Positions 32,133-39,218 of a DNA stretch of 64,000 bases are shown here, piece by piece. The DNA is from a virus, in IMG/VR virus record IMGVR_UViG_3300027608_000014, positions 32,001 to 96,000 of that record; one strand, 5' to 3'. The position numbers and the translations under genes are program-made. Each line of letters starts with the position of its first letter. Position 1 is the first letter of the stretch. The notes under the pieces were generated by a model. That model saw only the letters and a list, made by a program, of their open reading frames with translations, was not told the DNA's origin and did not search any database.

Positions 32133-32216
32133 CGGTGCTTGGGCACTGTTAGCTGGGTTCAATTCCTAGCGAGGTCACTAAGCCCAAGGCGTTCAATCGA
32201 AAGATTGGGAATGATC
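32133..32216 (+). ncRNA. Pistol-like ribozyme 1 (variant with inserted T-loop hairpin)
   Basis: P1 CGGTG/CACTG. Loop CTTGGG pairs perfectly with CCCAAG (32183-88), preceded by CTAAG and followed by GCG. P3 TTCAATC/GATTGGG, junction AA, P2 GGTCA/TGATC. The AAA linker is replaced by a GCTGGG-TTCAATT-CCTAGC hairpin. Confidence 0.55.
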
Positions 32217-32249
32217 CAAACAAACACAGCCCCACAAGGGGAGGCGACG

Positions 32250-32495
32250 ATGGCCGACTCCATCGTTAGGTCAGAACGTGACCTATTCGAAGAAACCCTC
32301 ACTGCAGCCCTCAAGGGCCTGCGCCTCGGCAAGATGGCAAAGGTTCAGGTAATCGAGCTCCCCGAGGAGTTTGCCCTCGTAATTGACCGGAAGCACCTGC
32401 TCCGGTATCGGGGGGTGGGCCCAAAGGCCGTCGCGGAGTTTGTGGAAAACCTGAGCGAGAGATTGGATGGGTGCAAGGTGTTCTTCTCCACCTGA
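32250..32495 (+). CDS. Hypothetical protein (alternative in-frame start at 32211)
   Basis: ATG 32250 has a GGGGAGG Shine-Dalgarno. GC-rich codon usage. Confidence 0.55.
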   Translation: MADSIVRSERDLFEETLTAALKGLRLGKMAKVQVIELPEEFALVIDRKHLLRYRGVGPKAVAEFVENLSERLDGCKVFFST

Positions 32496-32520
32496 CACCA
32501 ACTGAAGGTTCGATCCCTTC

Positions 32521-32586
32521 CGTCGTTCGTGCGACGTTAAACAGCATACTAGGCACGAAGCGTCCACTCACTCGAGTGGGGATATG
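32521..32586 (+). ncRNA. Pistol self-cleaving ribozyme 2
   Basis: CGTCG-TTCGTG-CGACG (P1), TTAAACAG, P2 CATA, CTAGG, pseudoknot CACGAA, GCG, P3 TCCACTC/GAGTGGG, junction GA, P2' TATG. Matches the pistol layout element for element except GA in place of GU at the cut site. Confidence 0.8.
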
Positions 32587-33630
32587 ATCAAAATTATCAC
32601 AGAGACGCAGGCCCTCTTAATGGTCTGCACTCCCGAAGACCGGATTAAAGGTCTTGTCGTAGTTCACAGCGGCGTGTTCCACGCCGACGATGTGTTCTTC
32701 GTCGCCTTCCTCACGCTGGTCAGTCCCAGCATTCAGATCGTCCGGACTCGCAAGAGCGAGATCATTGAGGCGGCGGAGATCGTGGGCGATGTTGGTGGCA
32801 TCTGCGCCATCAATCAAAACCGCTACGACCACCACCAGAAGGGTGGGGCCGGTGCGCGCCTGAACGGAGTGCCCTTTGCGAGCTTCGGCTTGATCTGGTC
32901 GCACACAGGCTGGACGCTGGACCTGATCGGCACCGTGCTCAGGGGCGGCGGTCAGTACAGCGCCATCGCTCGGATAGTCGACGAGTCGCTGGTCCAGGCG
33001 ATCGACGCGTCGGACTGCGGCTTCACGTCGGCCGCCAGCGACCCTTTCGCGGATGCCACTCCGCGCTACTCGCTGAGTATGGCCATCAGCGCGTTCAATC
33101 CGGACTGGTCGGAGGACGACCAGGACTTCGACGCCGCCTTCGCCAGGGCCGTCGAATTCGCACAGATGATTCTCCGTCGAGAGATCATCAGCGCGGCGGG
33201 GCAGGTCGAAGCGACGTTGGTGGTCAAGCAGGCAATCACCGAGCAGACGGACGAGCCGGAGATCTTGATCCTCAATCGGTTCTGCCCTTGGCAGAATACG
33301 GTCCTGCGATGCGCCGACGTGGTGAAGTTCGTTGTCTTCCCTTCGGAGACTGGCGACTGGCGCGTGCAGGCAGTGCCCGTCTACTCTGGCTCGTACGAGA
33401 CCAGGATGTCCCTTCCGGCAACCTGGGCAGGCCTCCGCACGGCGAAACTCGCAGCGGCGGTTCGCGCCAGTGGCGGATCGATCGGGGACGACGAGGCGGC
33501 GTTCTGCCACGACAAGCTCTTCATCGGTGGGGCGACCACCTTTGAAGGAGCCATGCAGATGGCTCGCGCCGCCCTGCCAAAGGTTGCTGAGGTCAGCATC
33601 GATCTCACGGATCTCCGTGAGCGGGCCTAG
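32584..33630 (+). CDS. MYG1 family (DHH-like) 3'-5' RNA exonuclease
   Basis: HSGVFHADD, IVRTR, DVGG, YDHHQ, ASFGLIW, IDASD, FNP, R..LP..WAGL, FCH..FIG motifs. Confidence 0.9.
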   Translation: MIKIITETQALLMVCTPEDRIKGLVVVHSGVFHADDVFFVAFLTLVSPSIQIVRTRKSEIIEAAEIVGDVGGICAINQNRYDHHQKGGAGARLNGVPFASFGLIWSHTGWTLDLIGTVLRGGGQYSAIARIVDESLVQAIDASDCGFTSAASDPFADATPRYSLSMAISAFNPDWSEDDQDFDAAFARAVEFAQMILRREIISAAGQVEATLVVKQAITEQTDEPEILILNRFCPWQNTVLRCADVVKFVVFPSETGDWRVQAVPVYSGSYETRMSLPATWAGLRTAKLAAAVRASGGSIGDDEAAFCHDKLFIGGATTFEGAMQMARAALPKVAEVSIDLTDLRERA

Positions 33631-33687
33631 CAAGCCCGTGCAGTTATCTCCCGCCCCGAAAGGGGCGGGACACTTTCCGGGTTATCC

Positions 33688-34311
33688 ATGAACCCAGTAA
33701 TAAAATGGAAGTTGCCGAAAGGCATAGAAAGGCACACCATGACGTGTACCTCGTATATCCGGGTTAAGGGCCCCGTGAAAGCCCTCAAAGTCTGCAACTG
33801 GTGCGGCCCAGATGCAGAAGACCCGCAGCCGCAGCAGTTGTTCCTCGTGGCGGGGGAACAGGATTCGTTTGGGACAGAATGGCACGAGGTGTGCCAGGCC
33901 TGCATCGACGCTGGCAACGTCGCCTCCGAGACGGCGCTCGAGGTCCGAATCGCCAAGATGGTGGAGAAGCTCGGCAGTGAGCAGTCCGATACGGACTTCT
34001 ACGTCGCGGCGCTGGGCAGCCGCGACACGGTGGACGAGTGCGCCATCGTTCGGGGAGCGACGAACGCAGCCCATATGTTTGTCCGCTGGGAGGACATCGC
34101 CGCCAACAAGGGCGACTACCTCTACTCAGAGGCGCTCCGCATCGCCACTGACGACGACCGGAGCACCGTCGTCAGGTTCCGGAAGGACCGGGACGAGGAG
34201 GAGCGGCGGTACTGGGCCAAGCAGGATGAGCTGGAGGAGCTGGGGGAGCTGGAGGATCGAGATGCTCAGGATGAGCAGGATGAGCAGGATGAGGAAAGGG
34301 AGGAAGCATGA
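33688..34311 (+). CDS. Hypothetical protein (CxxC motifs, acidic tail)
   Basis: GC-rich ORF with QDE repeats. Confidence 0.6.
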   Translation: MNPVIKWKLPKGIERHTMTCTSYIRVKGPVKALKVCNWCGPDAEDPQPQQLFLVAGEQDSFGTEWHEVCQACIDAGNVASETALEVRIAKMVEKLGSEQSDTDFYVAALGSRDTVDECAIVRGATNAAHMFVRWEDIAANKGDYLYSEALRIATDDDRSTVVRFRKDRDEEERRYWAKQDELEELGELEDRDAQDEQDEQDEEREEA

Positions 34312-34559
34312 GCGCCTCCTACGCAACAGAGGACCTCCGCAAGCTCCTCGTCGCGATCCTCCGCAAGGAGCCGCGACAAGCCAAGATCGCCCTTATGGCG
34401 GTGACCCTCACAGGGGACACCCTCACCATAAAGGGCCAACTGGAAGACTGGATCCACTCCAGCCTCCAGGCCCTCAGCCAGAAGCGAGCTCCACGCCCGC
34501 CCTCGACTGAGCTCAAGAGGATCGCGAAAGCGCTCCTCGACCACCACTTCCCTGGTTAA
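34308..34559 (+). CDS. Hypothetical protein
   Basis: ATGA overlap and GGAGG Shine-Dalgarno. Confidence 0.55.
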   Translation: MSASYATEDLRKLLVAILRKEPRQAKIALMAVTLTGDTLTIKGQLEDWIHSSLQALSQKRAPRPPSTELKRIAKALLDHHFPG

Positions 34560-34574
34560 TAATGGGAAGGTTCG

Positions 34575-34656
34575 GGTCTGCCTTCGGGTGGTCGCCGTTG
34601 TTAGTGATTTATCCTTACGGATACTTCCTACAACGCGACCACACCGAAGGCAGACC
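34575..34656 (+). other. Long imperfect hairpin A (family of three)
   Basis: GGTCTGCCTTCGG...GTGGTCGC.GTTGT...ACAACGCGACCAC.CCGAAGGCAGACC. Confidence 0.8.
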
Positions 34657-34777
34657 AGGAGACATGGCGTGTTGGTTTCATATACCCTTTTTTAGGTATC
34701 AAAGACTTTCGGCACCTTGAGTGTCACGCAGTAGGCCCTCCCTTGGCCTAACCATATGGGATTAGAAAAACGTTACC

Positions 34778-35149
34778 ATGAAAATCATGAACGTCAGTGC
34801 AGTGTTGGTTGCGGTTGTAGGTCTCATGCTTGGTGCATGCGATAAAGACGGTGCGATTAGTACCTCGATTAAGAAAGAGGAGGTCCGACACAAGGAGGCA
34901 ACCTCCGCTGAGAAAGCGCGGCACCTCAAAGAGGTCAGGGACATTAAAAACGCTGAGGCGTGGCAGAGCCTGAAGCAGAAGATGGAAGCTGCCAAGGCCA
35001 CCGTTGCCGCTGATGGCGAGAGCCTGAAACAGAAGATGGAAGCGGCCAAGGCCACCGCCGCCGCTGAGGGCGAGAGCCTGAAACAGAAGATGGAAGCGGC
35101 CAAGGCCAAGGCCTCGCGCTGGAGCTTCACCCCCAGTGCCAACCCGTAA
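34778..35149 (+). CDS. Lipoprotein with 20-aa repeats
   Basis: Signal peptide ending in lipobox LGA-C; three copies of (E/Q)SLKQKMEAAKA (60-bp repeat). Confidence 0.7.
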   Translation: MKIMNVSAVLVAVVGLMLGACDKDGAISTSIKKEEVRHKEATSAEKARHLKEVRDIKNAEAWQSLKQKMEAAKATVAADGESLKQKMEAAKATAAAEGESLKQKMEAAKAKASRWSFTPSANP

Positions 35150-35151
35150 AT

Positions 35152-35313
35152 ATGGACGCCTCACCAAATAACAAGAAGGTCAACCGGATGACGGCCGAAG
35201 CTCTTCGGATCGCTCTCTCCGTCGCCAGTGAAACTGGCAACATCGACGAGAGAGGTCGCCCCATGTCGGCTAACGCTCGCCATCTAATGGCAGCGCTGGC
35301 GGCGAAGAGCTAA
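35152..35313 (+). CDS. Small hypothetical protein (53 aa, not in ORF track)
   Basis: MDASPNNKKVNRMTAEALRIALSVASETGNIDERGRPMSANARHLMAALAAKS, starting 2 nt after the upstream stop. Confidence 0.5.
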   Translation: MDASPNNKKVNRMTAEALRIALSVASETGNIDERGRPMSANARHLMAALAAKS

Positions 35314-35362
35314 GAGGCTCTCCAACAAATATCCAGTGGGCCGGTGCGCCCACTGCACTTTC

Positions 35363-35424
35363 CGTGTAGAGCGCAGCCCTTTTAAGGCTGAGGTTGCTGG
35401 TTCAAATCCAGTCCTACGCGACTA
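35363..35424 (+). tRNA. D-armless tRNA-Lys(UUU)-like RNA
   Basis: Acceptor CGTGTAG/CTACGCG, 4-nt linker AGCG with no D arm, anticodon arm CAGCC-CTTTTAA-GGCTG, T arm GCTGG-TTCAAAT-CCAGT. Ends ACTA rather than ACCA. Confidence 0.65.
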
Positions 35425-35690
35425 TTTATGCAACAGCAAATGTTGTTGCTTCTGGGACTTGGCCCAGAAGTACCGTCCCTGAAACGCAAAGTGCAACCCT
35501 GCGAGCGGATGCGCTCTCTGTTTCAGGAGATGAGGAATGCGGCTGCGAAAGCCTGAGGATCTACTGGGCATGGGAGCCCAGCCCTTTCGGGTGGTTGCGT
35601 TGTTAGTAACTTGTCGCAAGACATTTAACTACACAACGCAATCACTTGGAGGTAGACCGGCAATGAGGCGTGTATACTTACAGATTCCTT
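35425..35690 (+). ncRNA. Unassigned multi-hairpin structured RNA (includes hairpin B, 35586-35650)
   Basis: Several stems (CTTCTGGG/CCCAGAAG, CCTGAAAC/GTTTCAGG, CTGGGC/GCCCAG, an 18-bp stem with a GCAA apical loop) between tRNA genes; no convincing ORF. Confidence 0.5.
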
Positions 35691-35765
35691 TTCTTTACAG
35701 GTCAGCAACCTTTCCCCCAAAACCATCAGAAATCTAGAATCTCAAATTCTTCTGATTACTAATTT

Positions 35766-35842
35766 GCAGCCATAGCTCAGTCGGATAGAGCAGAAAACTT
35801 CTAATTTTCAGGTCGTTGGTTCGATCCCAACTGGCTGCACCA
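35766..35842 (+). tRNA. tRNA-Arg(UCU)
   Basis: Canonical cloverleaf GCAGCCA...TGGCTGC A CCA with anticodon loop CTTCTAA. Confidence 0.95.
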
Positions 35843-36020
35843 TTCTCTCAGTTCAGAGTTACGCCCTGAATGAAGCCCTCTCCGCAAGGGGCCATAAATC
35901 GTGAGATATCGCCTAAGCCCGATACTCCACGTCACTTTCGTCACTTAACGGTGACCCAAACAAAACAACAACCAAAACAACCAGTGCAACTAAAACAAAA
36001 ACAAGAAGTAAAAAGTAAGC

Positions 36021-36181
36021 AATGTAGCCCCTCAAAGAAGAGGCTTGTGGACGACTTCCAAACCGACAAGAATTCTATGAGCAAGATGGAGCTGGTCATT
36101 TCAATGACCGCCTTCTGCATGGTAACTGGACCCGTCTATTTTGTGATCTGGTACCTCAAGCATTTTTCATTCATTGAATAA
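36021..36181 (+). CDS. Small membrane protein (start uncertain, within ORF 35870-36181)
   Basis: Hydrophobic C-terminus MELVISMTAFCMVTGPVYFVIWYLK. The 5' part of the called ORF looks like AC-rich leader or structured RNA. Confidence 0.3.
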
Positions 36182-36225
36182 AGCAAATAACAGAACCAAA
36201 CAAACAACATAGGAGACTGCATAAC

Positions 36226-36567
36226 ATGTCAGAAACCAATGAAGGGTTAAAGGCGCTATCACTTTTGACCATGACGCTAAAGCCAGAAGCGACAGCGCCT
36301 AAGCCAGAAGCGACAGCGCCTAAGCCCAAGGCAAAACCCAAGGCAAAACCCAAGGCAAAACCCAAGGCAAAACCCAAGGCAAAACCCAAGGCAAAACCCA
36401 AGGCAAAACTGCCAAAGCGTAAGCTGAAGTTTAGGCCCAGGACGCTTACGGGGCGGTTGATTCGCCCAGTAAGGCGAGCCCTTTACTGGGCCCGCGAGTG
36501 CTGTAAAGCACTCGTAGCAGGATTACGCGGCAAAAAGTATCCGAAGAATCGGATGGAACTGCCGTAG
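36226..36567 (+). CDS. Basic histone-like protein with PKAK repeats
   Basis: Two KPEATAP repeats and seven PKAK repeats (12-bp CCCAAGGCAAAA, 36325-36408). AGGAG upstream. Confidence 0.6.
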   Translation: MSETNEGLKALSLLTMTLKPEATAPKPEATAPKPKAKPKAKPKAKPKAKPKAKPKAKPKAKLPKRKLKFRPRTLTGRLIRPVRRALYWARECCKALVAGLRGKKYPKNRMELP

Positions 36568-36596
36568 GCTTAGTGTCAGGAGGAGCTTTTTCGTTT

Positions 36597-36631
36597 ATGG
36601 CCACGGCTAGCTGGTAGCTAGCCGTGGTCAT
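36597..36631. other. 16-bp near-perfect inverted repeat
   Basis: ATGGCCACGGCTAGCT-ggt-AGCTAGCCGTGGTCAT with no U tract. Confidence 0.7.
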
Positions 36632-36648
36632 TGTCTTGCAATAATCAG

Positions 36649-36987
36649 ATGAATAAATACCCATGGGATTGTCTAGAATGCGTATATCTAGGACACCATA
36701 ACGGCGCAGACCTCTATGCCTGCCCCGGAAACAATAATAATCCAACAGTTACAGCGGTCTTCAGTACAGAGGTCGGTGACTACGTGCATAGCCCAGTCAA
36801 GAGGATCGACTCCTCAGGCATTCTCACTGTAGCCCTATCCTACGCTCGCCAGCAGGGGTACTTGGATAGCAGTGATAGGTCCACTGACCGCCTCGCCCCA
36901 TTGAACGATTTTGAAATTTTAGAAGCTAAGTATCCAGTGCCAGTTATCGGTGACGTTCCGGATTTGAATCCGGTAATCACCAACTAA
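36649..36987 (+). CDS. Hypothetical phage protein
   Basis: Likely ATG at 36649. Y..DC..C.YLG.....DLY.C motif of small phage proteins. Confidence 0.55.
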   Translation: MNKYPWDCLECVYLGHHNGADLYACPGNNNNPTVTAVFSTEVGDYVHSPVKRIDSSGILTVALSYARQQGYLDSSDRSTDRLAPLNDFEILEAKYPVPVIGDVPDLNPVITN

Positions 36988-37023
36988 GACAACCAAGACA
37001 ACCAAGACAACCAACCTAATCAA

Positions 37024-37683
37024 ATGAAAAAACAAATCGAAGAGAAACAACAAGAACAGGATCGTGCAATGATGGATAAAACTATCGCAACCTTCGAAAG
37101 ACAGATCGCCCACAAGAACGATCAGGGAAACTTCCTGATCCGTGATGGGGAAGTCACACTGGGGCGACTAGTCCTCGCCGCCGGTGATGCAATGCTCAAG
37201 GTTCAGCAAGAGCTGATTCGTATGTGGCAAACTCAAACTCGAGCTCAGGAGGACACCCTCCATAAATTTTTCGCTCCTCAGGCTTCGTCGCCCATTCGCC
37301 AATCAACTCGATTGGCTGATTTCATCGACGAGGATGCTGCTCGGTTCAGAGTTACAGCCAAGAACTATCGCGCTGCGGGCCAAACTGATCTGGCCAAGAA
37401 GGTTACCAATATGTGTATCGCATTTGATGCAATGGCTGCCGGTCTGCGGAAAAACTTCGACGAGTCTGGCAGCCTGTTTGCCAAGTACAATTTTGCTGTT
37501 CCGGCGACGAAGGAGAATCTTCAGAATGACCACAATCTCAGTCCTATCAGCAATGTTGATGATGATAAAGGAGAACCAGATCAGGACTCCCTGGACGCCT
37601 GGAAGGCGAGCCTCCATCAGGACGACGTGGTGCACAGTATCCGGGGACGGTTTGCTGAGCACGTAGCGTCTCAGGGCATCTAA
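37024..37683 (+). CDS. Hypothetical protein
   Basis: 219-aa ORF after an AC-rich leader with a 9-bp AAGACAACC x3 repeat. Confidence 0.6.
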   Translation: MKKQIEEKQQEQDRAMMDKTIATFERQIAHKNDQGNFLIRDGEVTLGRLVLAAGDAMLKVQQELIRMWQTQTRAQEDTLHKFFAPQASSPIRQSTRLADFIDEDAARFRVTAKNYRAAGQTDLAKKVTNMCIAFDAMAAGLRKNFDESGSLFAKYNFAVPATKENLQNDHNLSPISNVDDDKGEPDQDSLDAWKASLHQDDVVHSIRGRFAEHVASQGI

Positions 37684-37697
37684 TCTCATGCAGTCAA

Positions 37698-38010
37698 AGG
37701 CGTCAGCCTCCTGCCTGTAGGGTTTCGCCCATACGAAGGGAGGACAGAGGAATGGAGCCATCTTCACCCTCGAAGGCCCGGACGTAGGGAAGTGTCAAAG
37801 GATGGAATTTCCTAATGGCGTTACTTTCCGACTTAAAGTAAAGTCGGTGGTGGAGGGTGCAATAGCCGAAACGCAAGTGCGCCCCTGTAAATGCGAGATC
37901 GGCTCAACTTCACTGTTGGGTCGGTCTCGCGATTTAGGCTCACATCTTATGATCCAATGTAGGCTTCCAGAGCTGAGATTGGGAAGGGTAGTGGGTCCAA
38001 ATCGCGAGAC
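37698..38010 (+). ncRNA. Unassigned structured RNA region
   Basis: Multi-stem unit closed by GGCGTCA/TGGCGTT, plus long rods GCGAGATCGGCTCAAC/GTTGGGTCGGTCTCGC and GTCTCGCGATTT/AAATCGCGAGAC. Confidence 0.45.
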
Positions 38011-38137
38011 AAAAACTCGCTGCGCCTAAAAGGCGCTTGTTCTGCAAACTCAAATTGAAACTAAGAACGTGGCGCCCAATGGGTCTCTGCGACATCAAAG
38101 TAATATTCAAAGTTTTACAGAGCAAATTCAACAGCAG

Positions 38138-38358
38138 AGTCGAATAGCATAAAAGGATTCATTTAGCCGATCCCAACTCTAACATGATATGCGGGTTCAA
38201 TTCCCGCCCTCGGTGCTCAGCTCATCTGATCGTTTACTTAGTAACGATTCCTTTAAAATGGAAACAGGTGGGCTGAGCACCGAGGTAGCACAATGGTAGT
38301 GCGCGTGCCATGAAACTGAGGTTGGTTAATTTAGGGTCCGACAAAAGCCAGTTCGACT
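38138..38358 (+). ncRNA. Large YrlA-like (Y RNA) permuted tRNA mimic
   Basis: Terminal stem AGTCGAA/TTCGACT. Internal order is T arm (GCGGG-TTCAATT-CCCGC), closed 21-bp acceptor helix, TA, D arm (GCAC-AATGGTA-GTGC), which is the YrlA topology. Confidence 0.7.
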
Positions 38359-38378
38359 ATTCTATGAAATGAATAACG

Positions 38379-38415
38379 GGTGGGGTCAGCGGCAATGCTG
38401 ACCCCACCTAATTTT
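38379..38415 (+). terminator. Terminator-like hairpin after the YrlA-like RNA
   Basis: GGTGGGGTCAGC-ggcaat-GCTGACCCCACC then TAATTTT. Confidence 0.7.
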
Positions 38416-38462
38416 GTTAGTACTTTTATCAAGAAACTTAATGCAAGTTAAACGATAAAATC

Positions 38463-39218
38463 ATGAGTAAGAAAGCACACGAGCTGATCGCCGTTCAGGG
38501 TGACCTCACCGCAAAAACCAAAGCAATCCTTCTGGAGACCTTTAAGGCCTTCTCAGGAAAACCAGAGCTCTTCCTCGGCTCCTACAAAGCAACTAAGGCC
38601 TACAGTGCCGATCGATCGCAGGGAATCGACGCTGAGGAATTCAAGGATCTCACTACAACTGTGCCTGAGCGAATCGGCTATACTCTGGCTGTGGTCAAGG
38701 ACGAGATCAACGCACGCGCATCCTTGGATGCCACCAATTGCCTAGCCAAGGCAGATCTTATTATCGATGGAGTGGTACTCGCCACGGGCATTCCAGCGGT
38801 ATCACTCTTGCTCCTCGAGCAGCAGTGCGGTGCCTGGCTTGAGCTCTTCACATCAGCCCCAACCCTAGCGAACGGCGTCGCCTGGGAATTGGATCCCGAC
38901 AAGGGACCGGACATCTACGTCACTAAGCATCCTATTGTCAGAACGAAGACCGAAAAGGTTTCTTCTGCAGTAGTCTTGGCACCTGCCACTCAACAGCATC
39001 CGGCTCAGGTCAAGGAAGTCGTCAATGATGTTCCTGTGGCCAGCATCACGGAGACTCAGTGGAGCGGCATGGTCAGTTCTGCCTACAAACACGGCGGAGC
39101 GGAAAAGGTACAGAAGCTGAAGACAGCGGCTAAAGAAGCACGTCAGCGAGCCAACAATCAGGAAGTCGTCATCTCCACTCTCGGAGATGTAGTCTTTAAC
39201 TACCTGATGAAGAGCTAA
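38463..39218 (+). CDS. Conserved hypothetical protein (DUF7873-like, recalled similarity)
   Basis: K.HELIAV..D, F..KPELF.G, D.TN..AKAD..IDG, P...LL.LE, TKTEK...VL.PAT..HPAQV, WSG, A.KEARQRAN motifs. Confidence 0.6.
   Translation: MSKKAHELIAVQGDLTAKTKAILLETFKAFSGKPELFLGSYKATKAYSADRSQGIDAEEFKDLTTTVPERIGYTLAVVKDEINARASLDATNCLAKADLIIDGVVLATGIPAVSLLLLEQQCGAWLELFTSAPTLANGVAWELDPDKGPDIYVTKHPIVRTKTEKVSSAVVLAPATQQHPAQVKEVVNDVPVASITETQWSGMVSSAYKHGGAEKVQKLKTAAKEARQRANNQEVVISTLGDVVFNYLMKS

Noticed and set aside
32617-33633. 338-aa minus-strand ORF opposite MYG1 and similar shadows in the GC-rich island and nrdJ
   Set aside because: Antisense shadows expected from high GC3; no recognisable motifs.
35533-35560. 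RNase P (GAGGAA) or hammerhead (CTGAGGA) core
   Set aside because: No GAGGAAAGTCC/P4 partner, and no GAAA positioned after a stem II.
35849-35930. Twister ribozyme after tRNA-Arg (AATGAAGCC, CCTAAGCCC words)
   Set aside because: Lacks the GU at the start of L4 and the T1 pseudoknot partner; the stems do not assemble into the twister fold.
38191-38307. Functional permuted tRNA gene
   Set aside because: No anticodon loop halves at the ends; the anticodon stem continues into a long terminal helix, which fits a Y-RNA-like mimic better.
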